Shown here one piece after another: positions 1 through 13,040 of a stretch of DNA of 64,000 nucleotides (the stretch's first letter is position 1; every line of letters starts with the position of its first letter). The notes under the pieces are model-generated. The model made no database searches. It was not told where the DNA came from and saw only the letters and a program-made list of their open reading frames with translations. Source of the stretch: Isurus oxyrinchus (Eukaryota); assembly GCA_026770705.1 (NCBI GenBank), contig JANJGN010000017.1, positions 90,148,001 to 90,212,000 of the forward strand. Direction: 5' to 3'. Both the position numbers and the translations under genes were made by a program.

Positions 1-25
1 TCAGGCCAGTGGCCTTTCAGCCTGA

Positions 26-100
26 AGCTGCCTGATCTGTTGAGTATTTCCAGCAATTTCTGCTTTTATTTCAGATTTCCAGCATCTGCAGTAGTTTGCT
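26..100 (+). mobile_element. Old Penelope-like (PLE) terminal-repeat fragment
   Basis: gctgcctgatctgttgagtatttccagc...gatttccagcatctgcagt matches the distal pLTR of the PLE at 52680-52750. Confidence 0.7.
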
Positions 101-736
101 TTGGGGAAAATGTAGAACTCGCTGCCATATGGAGGGTGAACAGCATGGATGGATTTTCAGGGAAACAAGACACACTCATGAGGGGGAAAAGAATTGAAGG
201 GCAGACCAGTTGGGCTGAATGGCCTGTTTGTGTTGTAAACTCAATGTAAATTTATGTGATGTAAAACAGGAAACTGCATTGCAAAGAACCATACTTAGTT
301 TGGCAATTAAATTCAAATATTTAGCCTTGTTTGTGAAGATATTACCTGTGATCAGTTATTATTGCCTCAGAAATTTGTATGCTTTGGGAACTGAAAAGTA
401 TTAAAGTGCAAATGTAAAACAATTGGAGGAGATTAAATTCAGCTAACACTAGTTATGCATTGAAATCAGAAGTTAAAGAATAGTAATACTTCAACAGCAA
501 GGAATGGTTCAGTACTTGAAATGCTGCCTCACTTTACAATTAATCATGTTCTTCTTTCAGCACTGTCTCAATCCTAACCAAAACCTAATTTATCTTTTTT
601 CCCAACTTCAGTCAACTTTAAACTGTTTTTTTAATTTTAAAAAAGCTTGTGTTTGCTTGCTGGAGTGTTTCAAAGCCATGGCCGCCTTCCCATCCCAGTG
701 ACTAGCTGAAGAGAATCTTGGAGGGGGAACAGGTGT

Positions 737-890
737 CAGCTATGCCTCAGTGAGTAGCACTCTCACCTCTGAATCAGAAGTGGAGTTTGAGCCCTAACCA
801 ATAGGGATTGTAACCATAATCTAGCCTGACACTCCCAGTTCAGTACTGAGGGAGTGCTGCACTGTTAGAGATGCTGTCTTTAAGATAAGT
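737..890 (+). mobile_element. tRNA-derived DeuSINE (SacSINE1-like), 5' fragment
   Basis: Head ctcagtgagtagcactctcacctctgaatcagaag and cagtactgagggagtgctgcactg shared with the fuller copy at 4262-4695. Confidence 0.7.
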
Positions 891-1189
891 TGTATCACGA
901 TGATGTGACTTACGCACATGTTATATGAATCTGTAATTTCATCGGCTGATAAAACATATAGTGAGCCATTTAAAAAGGACTTTTTTAAAAGCAAGAAAAG
1001 ACACTGACTTAAAATGGCTGCTACAAGTCACCTGACATCTGGTATTGCAAGCCGGCCAGCTTCTGGAAAGTTCCAATGTGAATTTGAATTCAGAAATGCC
1101 ATGACATCCTTCTCTGGAATTTTACACCTAACGATGTCAAGATCTACTTTAAGGGGATTCACTGAAAATGGATTGGGCCTCACATTTGC

Positions 1190-4150
1190 ACAACGCTTAT
1201 TGTCATTGTGTGCTGGCCACTGCACAATCTGGCTCTCTCAAAGTTGGACCCATTGGAGGATGAATACAGTGAGGCAGCTCCACAGGCTGCAGAGGACGAC
1301 TCAAGTGATGAGGCTGAAGAAGAGCAGGAGGAGGCCCAGGGTGAGGATGTGGATGCGGAAGTGAGGAACGTTGTGGGAGGCAGGGAGACCAGGGAGGCCT
1401 TGATTCTCCGTTCTTTCAGCTAGCCATCCAAGGCATGGCTTGAAATTGAGGGCAAGGGTGACACTACGTTACCGAACCTTCCTGATGAGATCAACCTGTG
1501 ACCCTTATGTCAACTAACGACCCCGCAAATAAAGTTTGCAGCTCCTCCTATTTGTTAGAAGCCTCTCCCATGCCCAGCACACATGAAAAATATGAAACAC
1601 ATTCAGGCCATGACACATAATGAAATCTTTATGTGGTGGACTCGTTAACACAATTTGTACACAGAACACATATTAACTGAAGTTATATCACCCATGACAA
1701 CCCCTCTTGTGTTTACAGTGCGTTAAACGTCCATTTGTGAGTGCTGCGTCTCGGCGCCTCTGCTTCCCCTCGCTGGCAGCAGCATTAGAGGCAGCATGTT
1801 GACTGTGATGTCCTGTCGGCCTTGATGACCTTAGCTGATGTCATCTGGCAAGCGTAGCCTGTGCGGGCACTGCCTGGGAGGGAGCATCCAGCGCCATGGC
1901 TGAGCTCTGCTCAGTTGTCACGGCCTCATCAGACGCAATGGGCACTGTCAGAGGGGTGGAGGAGCTGCTGCCTTCATGTGGAGCACCCTCAGAGGAGCCC
2001 GCAGATGTGACATGCAGCTCGTCAGCCAGGTGGGGTTGGTTTGAACCTCCCCGATCACCATTGATGGTCGGGCACCAAGCTGAGTGACAAGGTGCCTCAT
2101 CCATCTCTCACTGGCAGTGACCTACTGAGGTCACTGCCAGTTTGTGGGCTTGCAGGTCCAAGTGCAGGCACAGATACCCCTGATTCTGTTCCTAGAGCTG
2201 CCTCTCCATGAGAGTCACCACTTTCTCTATGGAAGAGGCTGTGCGATTGGAGCCCCAGGTCAACGCAGTGTTTGGGCTCCACATGGACTCCTCCAATACA
2301 AAGATCAGAGCACATAGACCCTCAGGGATTTCCACCAGATCTTCATGCACATCTCGCTGGACATCCAGCATCTTCTGCCTGATGGACGACTCCAGAGGAT
2401 CATCATCAGACTCAGCATGGTCCTGATCTCCAGCAGTCCTCTGACTGCTGGCATTCTGGGCACTCTCTGCCTCTGCCAGCTCCTCATCTGACCCGATGTG
2501 CTATTACCCACCTCATGTCTGCGGTGATGCTTGGTTCTGAGAGAAGATGTGACGCGGGTACATCTGCCCACGGTTCCTCCTTGAGTGTCAAGGGAGAGAC
2601 CTCGGGGTTTCTCAGGCATTGTGAGGATGACGAACCTAAGGGAAGAAGAGAATATGTCAGTTGATAACATCATAACAAAGTCACTGTGCATGCACAGTGG
2701 ACAACTGCCTCACTGAGGCATTGTGATTGGACAGGCAATGGGGGCTCTTGATTTGAACTTCTCATTGGAGATGCCATGGCCCTATATTCCTTACACACTC
2801 CCTCAGTCTCTCACCTGTCCACTGGACTCTTACCTTTCTCCGAGACCCCTGCCTCTCCGTGACCTTTTCATTAATTCATTCATGGGATGTGGGTGTCACT
2901 GGCTGGGCTAGCATTTATTGCTCATCCCCAGTTGCCCTTGAGAAGGGCAAGAGCATCTGTTGAGACCATAACTCCAGCCATCTTGAACCGCTGCAGTCCA
3001 TGTGGTGTAGGTACACCCCCAGTGCTGTTATGAAGGGAGTTCCAGGATTTTGACCCAATGAGAGTGAAGGAACAGCGATATGTTTCCAAATCAGGATGGT
3101 AAGTGGCTTGGAGGGGAACTTCCAGCTGGTGGTGTTCCCATGTGTCTCCTGCCCCAGATGGTAGCGGTCGTGGGTTTGGAAGGTGCTGCCTAAGGACTCT
3201 TGGTCAGCTTCTGCAGTGCTCCACGCTTGCATTCCATGTCAAGGGTGTCCATTTCAAACTTTGAAAGGGTCAGGAGGTTGGCCACCCCATCACCTGTTCG
3301 TGCACGCTCCAGCGCATTAAGTCTTCTCTTCTCTCTAGTCCACCCTCTACCAGCATCACCATACCAGCCTTGCCAACCCCCTGCCTCCCCTCCCCCCGAC
3401 CAGAAGGCCCAGGTTGAGATGCCTATCAGATTGGCACACCTCAGTCTTGTACACCCAAGGCAATCGGGCACTCCTTGGCCGGCACTGGGATATGTGCCAT
3501 TTGGCACCCTGCATCTCATTCCCCTGAGCACCATGAAGAACGGCCATCCTGAAAGACATCTACGCACAGTCCCATGATAAGCTGGTACTCACCTTTGCGG
3601 AGCGGAGAAGACCATTGAACCTTTTCCAGTTCCATTTTCCTTTTCCTTTTCTGGATCCGTGTACGGTACACAACATCATGGTGGGTTGGCCTGATGTTGT
3701 CATCCAGCAGCATTGAGGTTCTCACGCTGGGCAATCACTGCCTTCCCGAAAGTGCGCAGGTAGTTGCCAGAGAAGCGGGGGGCAAAGTGCCCACTGGCAT
3801 TGCCCTCCTGCCTGGCATGCCCAGAAGGCTGCTGAGGCCATAAGTCCTGCCAACTAAAAAGCTTCAAGTCTTTCGTGGACAGCTCCCTGAGTCTCCTCAC
3901 CAACACCTGGTAGCCTTCAGGGAGCTGCCTGTGCTGTTTTTTAAACCCCACTGTGGGTCCCCATCGGATCCAGGGCCTATCCCCACCAGCAGCGCTGAGC
4001 CACTGTCCGCGCGCGTTTCATGCTGGCAGGACTTTAATTGGCCAGCCGGTGTAAAATCACGTTTGGGTTGCAATCGCAGGCGGGAGCAGATATCGCATCC
4101 GCTTCCAAGCCTGCCAATCGTGTGTGCACAACGTGTGTAAAATTCAGGTC
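1190..4150. mobile_element. Decayed PIF/Harbinger DNA transposon: nuclease 3' end (+, ~1190-1423) and convergent Myb/SANT gene (-, ~1720-3870)
   Basis: CWPLHNLA plus acidic tail (HARBI1-like C-terminus); APRFS Myb/SANT-like start and a gtgagt donor on the minus strand; TIR-like gtaaaattcaggtc followed by TAA at 4151. Confidence 0.7.
2870..3217 (-). mobile_element. 3' fragment of the CR1/L2-group LINE inserted in the Harbinger element
   Basis: Reverse complement of the LINE tail at 47000-47310. Confidence 0.85.
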
Positions 4151-4261
4151 TAAGTTGCTGGAGGAGTGGAAAGCCTGAATCCGGGTGGCAAGTTAAGAAA
4201 CACAGACATTGTGTAGAAGGGAGATGGTTAGGCGGGAGGGAGATCTCCCCCACCACTGGTA

Positions 4262-4695
4262 CAGCTGTGGCTCAGTGGGGAGCACTCCCACCTCTGAATC
4301 AGAGGTTATGGTTCCAAGCCCTCGCCAGACACTTGAGCGCAAAACCCAATGCAGTACTGACGAAGTGCTGTACCATATCAGAAATACTGTCTTTCTGAGA
4401 TGTTAAATCAAGGCCTCTCTGCTGAGCGCAAAAAATCCCATGGCACTGTTTGAAGAAGAGCAGAGGAGTTCTCCCAGGTGTTCTGGCCAATTTTATTCTT
4501 CAACTGACATCACTGAAATATAATGTCTAATCATTATCAGATGGCATTGTCTGGGCGTTTGCTGTGCATAAATTTCCTATTACATTTTGTACTTCCCAAC
4601 AGTGACTACATTTCAAAAGCACTTCATCGGCTGTAACGTACTTCGGGACATCCTGAGGTTATGAAAGGCACTTTAGGAATGCAAGTCTTTCTTTC
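4262..4695 (+). mobile_element. DeuSINE (SacSINE1-like), near full length
   Basis: tRNA-like head (tggctcagtgg / ggttccaagccc), Deu-like body (atcccatggcactgtttgaagaagagcag...), tail aatgcaagtctttctttc. Confidence 0.8.
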
Positions 4696-6258
4696 TTGCA
4701 TAAGGCATTTCAAATTTTACTTCAAGGGAAGCTGACAAATCGGAAGTGGAGAAAATGAATTTACTGAAAGAAGTTTAAAACGTGTATATTCTGGAATTAT
4801 CTGGCTGAGGTGTTGGGTGATGGGGGTGGGGAAGAAAAAGAGACTTCAGGGCATTGGAAGTGCCACTGGGAGAGAGCTAGGGTGGGTGGAGAGGCTGAAT
4901 GGTCTTTTCTTCAGTGATTCCTCAAACTGTTTATTGAGCCACTAGGCAGCTCCACTAAACTGCACCATGCCCATCCTGTGCTGTGGTGTCCGCCCGTTAA
5001 ACATTTCAGGTTGATTTCTCTCCCATATCGCATCAGGGATTGTTTGTTCCACACCACCTGTCCCTCCCGCCCCCTCCCTCAGGAAGTAAGAGTGAGGGAA
5101 TTTTCCCAGCCTAATGAATGCAGGCATCCTCCATGAGCGATATGTCCATGGGCCTCTGGCCTAGATTTGTAGGCTTCGCCTGGTTTCTTGCTCAGGCTGA
5201 TGATGTGGATGCATTGCCTCACCTCTGCTTTCTGCAGGTCGTGATGAATAAAAAATGCCCAGAGCAGACAACAAACACTCAGCTGGCGTCCGCTCCTTGG
5301 AACTGCCTTCATTCTAATTTAACTAAATCAAAGCTTAAACCAGGATTCTGCGACAGCACATTTCAGCATTTTATTACCTGACAGCTTACAATACACTTAA
5401 TTTGCCAAACCTTGTAAGCACAATGTCTTTTGTTTGATTCGATATTGAAATGCAGGTCTCTGACGGATCAATCACGGAGGGCCAGGCAGTTCCCTGAAAT
5501 GTTATTAAGTAGCAGAGGAAATTGGTTAAGGCGAGCGGGCCATCCATCTTTGCTTTTATGTTTCTGAACCAACAAATATGAGAGGGTGTCAACGCTTTGA
5601 AAGATTGTTTATGTGCTGTGGCAGGGAATAGGAAAGGGGGGGGGGGAGCAGTTATGGCAGAGCTGACAGTGAAGCATTCATCCTCTGCGCAACACTAAGC
5701 AAATTGCTCGTGGTGCGAGACAGGGCCCATAAATCACCAACAGGCGAAGCTGTACCTACAGCCTGTTACATCCCCCATGGATGACAGCCGCATAATAATC
5801 CCTCCAGGCAGCAGCTCCCCATTTATTGCTCTGTGCCACCTTGCCCCAGAGGCTGGGGAAACCACGGCTCCACCAGAAACAGTGGGTGTCAAAGGTTAAG
5901 ACTCCGGGAGAGGAAGTGCAGGGGGTCCTGTCACCTGTGGGACAACCCCCAAACTGTGGAAAACACCTAATTGACTTTGGACACGGGGAAATGATGTGCC
6001 TTAACACTTTGCACAGTTAAGCATTTATACAACGACAAAACCCACCGGTTGCAAGATTAAGGTTTGAAGGGGGTGGGCAAATCCCATCTACAAATGTAGT
6101 TCACACGTGATCATTTGATCTCAACTACTCTGGCCAAGCCGAGAATGTATCGGCGAAGTGAGAGGGACAGTAGACCGTTTTGTTTGCTCCGCCTCCAATT
6201 CTCCCAATTCTTATTCAGAGGAGCAAAGGCTGAGGCCTCCTGAAGTGTCCTCCTGCCT

Positions 6259-6612
6259 ATCGGGTTGTCAACTTTGCCTGGATGCATGATCACATGACCT
6301 GCTGCCAAATTTGTGGGTGCTTTGAGGGGAGGCACCACCTCCCCTCTGGGGTCTCCATGGAATTCGCACATGTTTGCCTGCCCCTCCCCACCAACCCGTC
6401 AGGTCTCAGAATGCAATGACAGAGCACCCAGGCCACATTATTGGGGTGGCAGGACCTTATCAGAAAAGCTCACACCCACAAAAGCAAAAAGAAACTTTGC
6501 ACTCGGGGAGAACGAGAATCATCTGGGAGAATGTGCGATATTCTGGAGGTTCGGAACATGTTCATGAGCTGCTCCAGCTTCACCCAGTGTCTGTATAAAG
6601 GATGACAGCCAA
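6259..6612. mobile_element. Possible hAT-type MITE
   Basis: gggttgtcaac at the left and degenerate ggatgacagcc at the right resemble TAGGGTTGCCAAC-type TIRs. Confidence 0.3.
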
Positions 6613-7750
6613 GAAGTGGCTCATAAATTTCATTTAATCAGCCAGAATTAATTTGCAGCTTAAATATTAATTTGCAAATCTTTCCAACATTATTCAAATC
6701 ATGACCAGACATTAATTGGAAACTTGGGCCTGATTTAGAATGCCTTACGTTGATATAAAAAAACCTTTCCTGCCCTATGATTCTCGCACTCAGCATTGTC
6801 TAGGCCCGGGGGACTCCTAGGCTTTTCTGTTCTGGCAGGCCAAGCACCACAGGAAGCAGCAAGGTAAGCAAAGCAGAAATCTAAGCGTAGTGCTTTAGAT
6901 CTCAGGCTGGAGAGATTAGGTTGAGTCCAGACTGCAAAACCCTTGTGGGTGCAGTGGGCTACGGACGGAAATGCTTCAATATTTTTGTTTCTTCATGAAT
7001 CCATTCCTTGCCCCACCTATTTGACTCAGATGGCAGCAATTCCAAGCTGGGGGAAAAAAGTAAGTTTTATGGGCACCTCCTTTGCTGGAGACCTGCTCAA
7101 TGTCTCTGACTGCCTTTCTCGGGCTCGGTCTAGCCTGCTTCTAGGATAGATACAGGATCCGCCAGTTTGCCATGACACTGACCACCCAGCTTGGTGTCTT
7201 TGCAAAGCACTGTGAGTATTGATCTAGTCTCTGCTTTGCCTGTTCACTTGAGGCCCTTGTGTGACTGATAGACAATGGAGAACTGGAGTGTATAGGTGGA
7301 CATGGGCAAGGACGTTTTAATTGGATAGGTTTCCTTTCTCTTTATTTATAATTTAAAGTTAGTTGTTTATGGCCCTTTGAAAACGAAAAACACTTTTGTT
7401 CATTTGATTTTGACTGATGACAATGTCATCTTAATTGGCATCTAATAAGAGTTGTTTCTGTTTGCCATATGTCTTGACAGCAGCAACCATTTTAATTGTT
7501 CTGCTTTGGTTTAAACATGAAGCTCTTCCAGGAGAGCTGGTCATCATCCTTAGCTGAATGAAATTTGGAAAGAACATGGAACCTAACTTTGAAGGAGCTA
7601 CATATGGCTTTAATGGCCTCATCCCTTGTTCTTAATTTTCTTCTCAACCATCTCCCATGTTGATGAAGCTGAAGAAGATTGAGGTGTTTTAGACTCAATG
7701 TTCTATACCTCCAACCAAAACAGAGCACCACACAACACAACCAATAGGAT

Positions 7751-7860
7751 ATAAAAACAGAAAATGCTGGAAATACTCAGCAGGTCAGGCAGCATCTGTG
7801 GAGAGACAAACAGAGTTTACAGTTTAGGTCTGTAACCTTACCGGAGAACTGAGAAAATTT
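7751..7860 (-). mobile_element. Old PLE pLTR fragment; continues at 9982-10300
   Basis: aaaacagaaaatgctggaaatactcagcaggtcaggcagcatctg is the reverse complement of the pLTR. Confidence 0.75.
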
Positions 7861-8264
7861 AGAATCACAGAATTGTTACAGCACGAAAAGAGCCCATCAT
7901 GTATGCACTGGCTGTCCAAATGAGCATTTCACCTAGTGCCATTCTCCTGCCTTTTCCCAATAACCCTGCACATGGTTTCTTTTCAAAGAATCACCTAATC
8001 ATTCCCCCTTGAATGCCATGATTGAACCTGTCTCCACCAATCTCACAGGCAGAGCATTCCAGACCCTAATGACTTGCTATGTGAAAAAGTTTTTTTCTCA
8101 TATCACTTTTACCAATAATTTTGAATCTGTGCCCATTTGTTCTCAATCCTTTCACTAATGGGAAGTTACTCCCTAGCTACTCTTCTTTTTTTAATTGAAT
8201 TCAAATTTCACCATCTGAGGTCAGATTCAAACCTGGGTCCCCAGAGCATTAACCTGGATTAACT

Positions 8265-8481
8265 CTCTCTCTCCTTCCCCCCCCCCCCCCCCACACACAC
8301 CTTAAACCAGCTTATATTTCAACTCTTTCCTGGACTCGAAATCAAGTTCTGTCGAAGGGTCATGAGGACTCGAAACGTCAACTCTTTTCTTCTCCGCCGA
8401 TGCTGCCAGACCTACTGAGTTTTTCCAGGTAATTCTGTTTTTGTTTTAGATTTCCAGCATCCGCAGTTTTCTTTGTTTTCA
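8265..8481 (+). mobile_element. Young 5'-truncated PLE pLTR with hammerhead motif and 14-bp TSD
   Basis: TSD aacctggattaact at 8251-8264 and 8482-8495; near-identical to the arms at 17839-17973. Confidence 0.9.
8345..8383 (+). ncRNA. Minimal type I hammerhead ribozyme motif (variant core CUGUCGA)
   Basis: agtt-CTGTCGA-a-gggtc-atgag-gactc-GAAA-cgTC-aact: stem I agtt/aact, stem II gggtc/gactc, palindromic ACGT stem III. Confidence 0.7.
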
Positions 8482-9419
8482 AACCTGGATTAACTAGTCC
8501 AGCAACAATACCACTATGCCACTGCCCCCTGACCAGGTAACAAATCCCAATTTCTCCAGTCAACCTTCATAATGAAGTTCCTCATCCCTGGAATCGTCCT
8601 CGTAAACCTCTTTTGCACTCTTTCCAATGCCTTCACATCCTTCCGAAAGTAGGGAGCCAAGAACTGTACGCAACACTCCAGCTGAGGTCCCACTAGTGTC
8701 TTATATAAGTTCAACATAACCTTCTTGCTCTTGTACTTTATGCCCCTATTAATAAAGCCTAGGATACCGTATGCTCTATTAACCGCTCTCCCAGCCTGCC
8801 TTGCAACCTTTAATGACTTATACACATATACACCCAGGTCCCTCTGCTCCTGCACCCCCTTTAGAGTTGTACCCCTTATTTTATGTTGTCTCCTCATGTT
8901 CTTCCTACCAAAATGTATCACCTCGCATCTCTCCGCCACCTTTCCACCTATTTGTCTATGTCCTTTTGAAGTTCTACACTGTCCTCCTCACAGCTTACAA
9001 TGGTTGCAAGTTTTGCATGGTCTGCAAATTTTGAAATTTTACCCTGTACACCAAAGTCTGGATCATTAATTTATATCTTGAAAAGCAAGGGGCCCAATTC
9101 CGACCTCTGGGAAACTCCACTACAAATCTTCCTCCAGCCCGAAAAACATCCATTAACCATTACTCTTTGATTCTTATCGCTCAGCCAATTTCATATCTAT
9201 GTTGCTACTGTCCCTTTAATTCCCATGAACCATAACTTTTCTCACAAGTCTGCTGTGCACCACTGTATCTCACACCTTTTGGAAGTCCATGTACACCATA
9301 TCAACAGTATTGCCCTCATCAACCCTTTGAAAAACTCCAGCAAGTTAGTTAATCATGATTTTCCCTTAACAAATCCGTGCTGGCATTCCTTAATTAACCC
9401 ACATTTGTCCATGTGGCTA

Positions 9420-9981
9420 TTACAATTATCATAACTTTTAACAAATTCCTAAACTAATCTCCATTAAGGCAACAGCAACCCATAGACTTAACCCGACATC
9501 AGACAAAGCATTTTTACCTTATGAATTCAAAATGAGGTTCTTTTCGCTTTGGTTCCTGTGGAGACAGTTGGAGCCTTACAGCTGCCTTTTGATCTCACAT
9601 TGCCTCTGCTCTGCACACCCGAAAACTGCTGAAGTTATACCTACCACTGCCCATTGAATGTAAATTCTCATTGTATCAACAACCTCGGAACTAAACCTCT
9701 CTAATAATAAAACCCCTTTCATAGCACCAATTTTATTAGTAATATAAACATATTGCTTGGTATCTGTTAGATAGGCGTCAGCTTTCACCTCACTTCTTGA
9801 ATGCTCTATTCAAAAAATGCAAATGCACGCTACCTCCCTGTTGACATCCCAAATCTAGTACACATCAAAGCACCCAGACGAGCTGGCTTTAATCCAATTA
9901 AGACACACCCACTGACTAAACCTCTATTTTAAAAGAAAATTATTTTCCAATAATATTGCATCGATTAATGGCTTCATGACA
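9420..9981 (-). mobile_element. Truncated LTR of the same family as the Gmr1-type element at 27050-32837
   Basis: Collinear with 27280-27793 and ends in the same cttcatgaca terminus. Confidence 0.9.
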
Positions 9982-10300
9982 GGGTGACTGAGGAGCGAAG
10001 TACTGTGTTGTATAGGGAATGGTCCCTTTGGAATGCTGACTGGGGAAGGGAAGGTGAGATGAGTTTGGTGGTGGCGTCATGTTGCAGGTGATGGGATGAT
10101 GCTCCATTGAATATGGAGATGCTGGGGTGGAAGGTGAGGACAAGTGGAACCCTATTGGTTCTGGAATGGAGGGAAGGGCATTTTGAGCAGAGGTGACAGA
10201 CACATATGAGGGTTCTATGGGGGGAAATCCTCAGACGAGAATAAAGGAAGACATATCTGAAGTGGTAATGGTTGCATCATGCGAACAGATAGCAATAGAA
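9982..10300 (-). mobile_element. Old PLE ORF fragment (RT-endonuclease linker region)
   Basis: Reverse complement resembles 51430-51720 (catgacgccaccacc...cagcattccaaagggacc). Confidence 0.7.
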
Positions 10301-11099
10301 TGCTGGTCTTTATAAAAAAAACAGGAAAATAAAGCATAAGGAGGTGGTGTTCAAAGTGCACTGGGTCCAGTTCCGATCACACTGCACCACTGAGCTCAAA
10401 TGTCAGCCCATGACTTGTGGAGGGTCAGTGTTCACCCTGAGAGAGGTTCACTCAGTCTGTAGTCAGATCTAGTAAGCAAACGAGAAGGAGGAAGAGAATC
10501 AGTCATGTTGACATGCAGTTTTCTAAATTGCTGAAATGTCATCGTTACAAGAAAATATTGTGGAGTTGTAGTACATGGAGAGCAATTTATTAAAGGTATT
10601 TGATTTCCTTTATGGCTGTCTCATATCAGTATTGCTGAGAAGCACAAAACATTCCACAAATGGAGTGCATTCAGTCTCGCTGTGTTTCACGGGCGCTGGA
10701 ATGAAATATAATTTGTCCCTCTGCATCTAATTATCTGTCAGCTCCCGATAGTTTGTTTTCTAAATCACCATAACAGCCACAAACTCACAGGTCATAAAGA
10801 AAGTGATTCAGCTCAGACAGCTGGCTAATGGGAGACTAGGAACTGTCAACCAAAAAATTACAGGTGAGCCATGATGTGCATTCCTAAGCAGCGCCTGGCA
10901 ATGTCAGGGGACACCTTCCCTCATTTTGCCTCAGAGATGTTAAAACTTTGCTTCAGTCCTATGATTTGGTTTCTCTGTGAAACTGAGGCAAAAAGTAAGA
11001 CCAACCTAAAACGCATAAACAACATGAATTTCAAGTTGGACAGGCACTTTCATGTATCTGTAGGATGTAAAAAATCTTAGAATTTAAGCATCAATAATC

Positions 11100-11310
11100 C
11101 AAACCCATGACCACTACCACTCGGAAGGACTAGGATAGCAGATAAATGGGAACACCAACACCTGGAAGTTCCCCTCCAAGCCACTCACCATCCTGACTTG
11201 GAAATATATCGCTGTTCCTTCACTGTCGCTGGGTCAAAATCCTGGAACTCCCTTCCTAACAGCGCTGTGGGTGTACCTACACCACATGGACTGCAGCGGT
11301 TAAAGAAGTC
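11100..11310 (+). mobile_element. CR1/L2-group LINE 3' fragment
   Basis: Matches 47020-47215. Confidence 0.85.
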
Positions 11311-11319
11311 AGTCAATGC

Positions 11320-11490
11320 CACGAAAACAGATCATCTAGTCATTATTTGATTCGAGTTTGTGGGAGCTTGCTATTCACAAATTGGCTGCCTCATTTCCTA
11401 CATTCCAACACTTACTCAAAAAGCACTTCATTGGTTGGAAAGGGTTTTGAGAGGTCCCGAGGTTGTGAAAGGTGACATAGAAATGCATGT
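11320..11490 (+). mobile_element. DeuSINE 3' fragment
   Basis: tttgtgggagcttgct...caaattggctgcc...ggttgtgaaagg. Confidence 0.7.
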
Positions 11491-12659
11491 GCTGCCTAAC
11501 CGAGAGGGCTGGGAAAACCAAGGCCCGCAAGCCACATCCGACCTGTTGGAGCTTTTCATCTGGCCCTCGAGCTGCTTTGCCCTGTAGAGACTTGATAAGC
11601 CACCCAGGGGATCCAGGAAATATTCAGAGAATGGGACATTTTGAGATGGAAAGGAACTCAGATTGCCAACTCTTATCTCTATAGTATGACCTTCATAGAA
11701 TGACAATGGGAAGTGGTCCAAGGTAAGTCCAGGTGTGGTGGCTGGAGGCGGGAATGGAGTGCGGCTGCCATGTGTGGAGGGGAAGCTGAGGAGGAGCGCT
11801 GAGAGCAGCACAAAGATTTACAATGTAGGTAACCTTCCAATCGTCTCCTGATTTTTGCTGACTTGGTGTTAAACACTGGAACAGATTTAACTGAAGTGGT
11901 TTAAAGTATCAGTGAGCACAGTATAGCTAGGTTGTAAAATTTACCAGGAGCTGTGCCTGTCAAATATTCTCATTGATCTGGCACACATTTATTCTGTCTG
12001 ATTTCAATTATTTATTGATCAAGAATTATTTCATCCCATATCCGTAACACAAAAACATAATTGGAGGAAATTCTGTTTTTCTAATATCTGCTTGTAAATA
12101 ACTTTTCTTAGAGGCTTTATTCATATACTCCAAGTTTAAATGTGGCACTTTAATGTTCTGAGTATTGTATATGGTTATAATTTAGATGGGGAGCCTGTGA
12201 TTGCTAATCCAATCTAACTAATTAACTATCCTAAGAAGAGTTCTTCGTATAATAAAACAAATTTTAGCGGGAGCAGTTGTTAGCACATCTCATTTTATGC
12301 ACGTGTCTCTCAACTGCTCAAGAAAACTTCTTGACTGGCCCTCCAGCCCAAATAATTTTCCTCCCCTCTTCTAATCACTTCTTTAACTCTTACACTTCCA
12401 CTATATTCTTGCCTTTAAAATCCTATGTTCACAATTATAATGAGAACTGTCTATGAAAACATGTCACGCTATAATTACACCCTCCATTCAGTGGTGGCAC
12501 CGGAGCGCTTCAGTTTTCTGAATTATTATAAAGAATAAGGACTGGTCTGACGAGGACATAGACCCAATCCTTAAGATCAGAGTCTGAATATTCACCCACC
12601 CTCCGACGCCTTTCATCTGAAGATTACCCTTCATCTTCATGCTGTGTGAGGTTGCCTTC

Positions 12660-13040
12660 ATTATTTCCTGGAAGGTGGGTTTCACTGGCAAGGCCAGCAT
12701 TTATTGCCCATCCCTTGTAGCTCTTGAACTGAGTGACTTGCTTGGCCTTGTCAGAGGGCAATTAAGAGTCAACCTTGTTGTTGTGTGTTTGGAATCATAT
12801 ATAGGTCAGGCCAGGTAAGGATGGCAGATTTCCCTCCCAAAAGGAGCATTAGTCAATGAGGTGGGTTTTTACAGCAATCATGAAGCTTCATACTTACCAT
12901 TATTGAAATGCAGCTTTTTATTCATTGAATTTAAATTCCACCAGCTACCATGGCGGGACTTCAACCAATGCCATCAGAACATGAGCCTAGATTTTTGGGC
13001 TCAGTATCGCTGTGACACTATCACGATGCCACTATCTCCC
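12660..13040 (-). mobile_element. tRNA-head SINE sharing both ends with the CR1/L2-group LINE
   Basis: Reverse complement of the SINE at 41832-42210. Confidence 0.75.

Larger units (their letters stand above)
8185..8530 (-). mobile_element. tRNA-head SINE fragment inside the CR1, itself split by a PLE
   Basis: attcaaacctgggtccccagagcatt...ctggatt(a)actagtccag is the reverse complement of the SINE head at 41834-41915. Confidence 0.75.
7861..9420 (-). mobile_element. CR1 LINE 3' portion (decayed RT C-terminus) with nested insertions
   Basis: ORF 8514-8939: CEVIHFGRKN...QRDLGV...LYKTLVGPQLECCVQF...LERVQKRFTR, typical CR1 ORF2 C-terminus. Confidence 0.9.
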
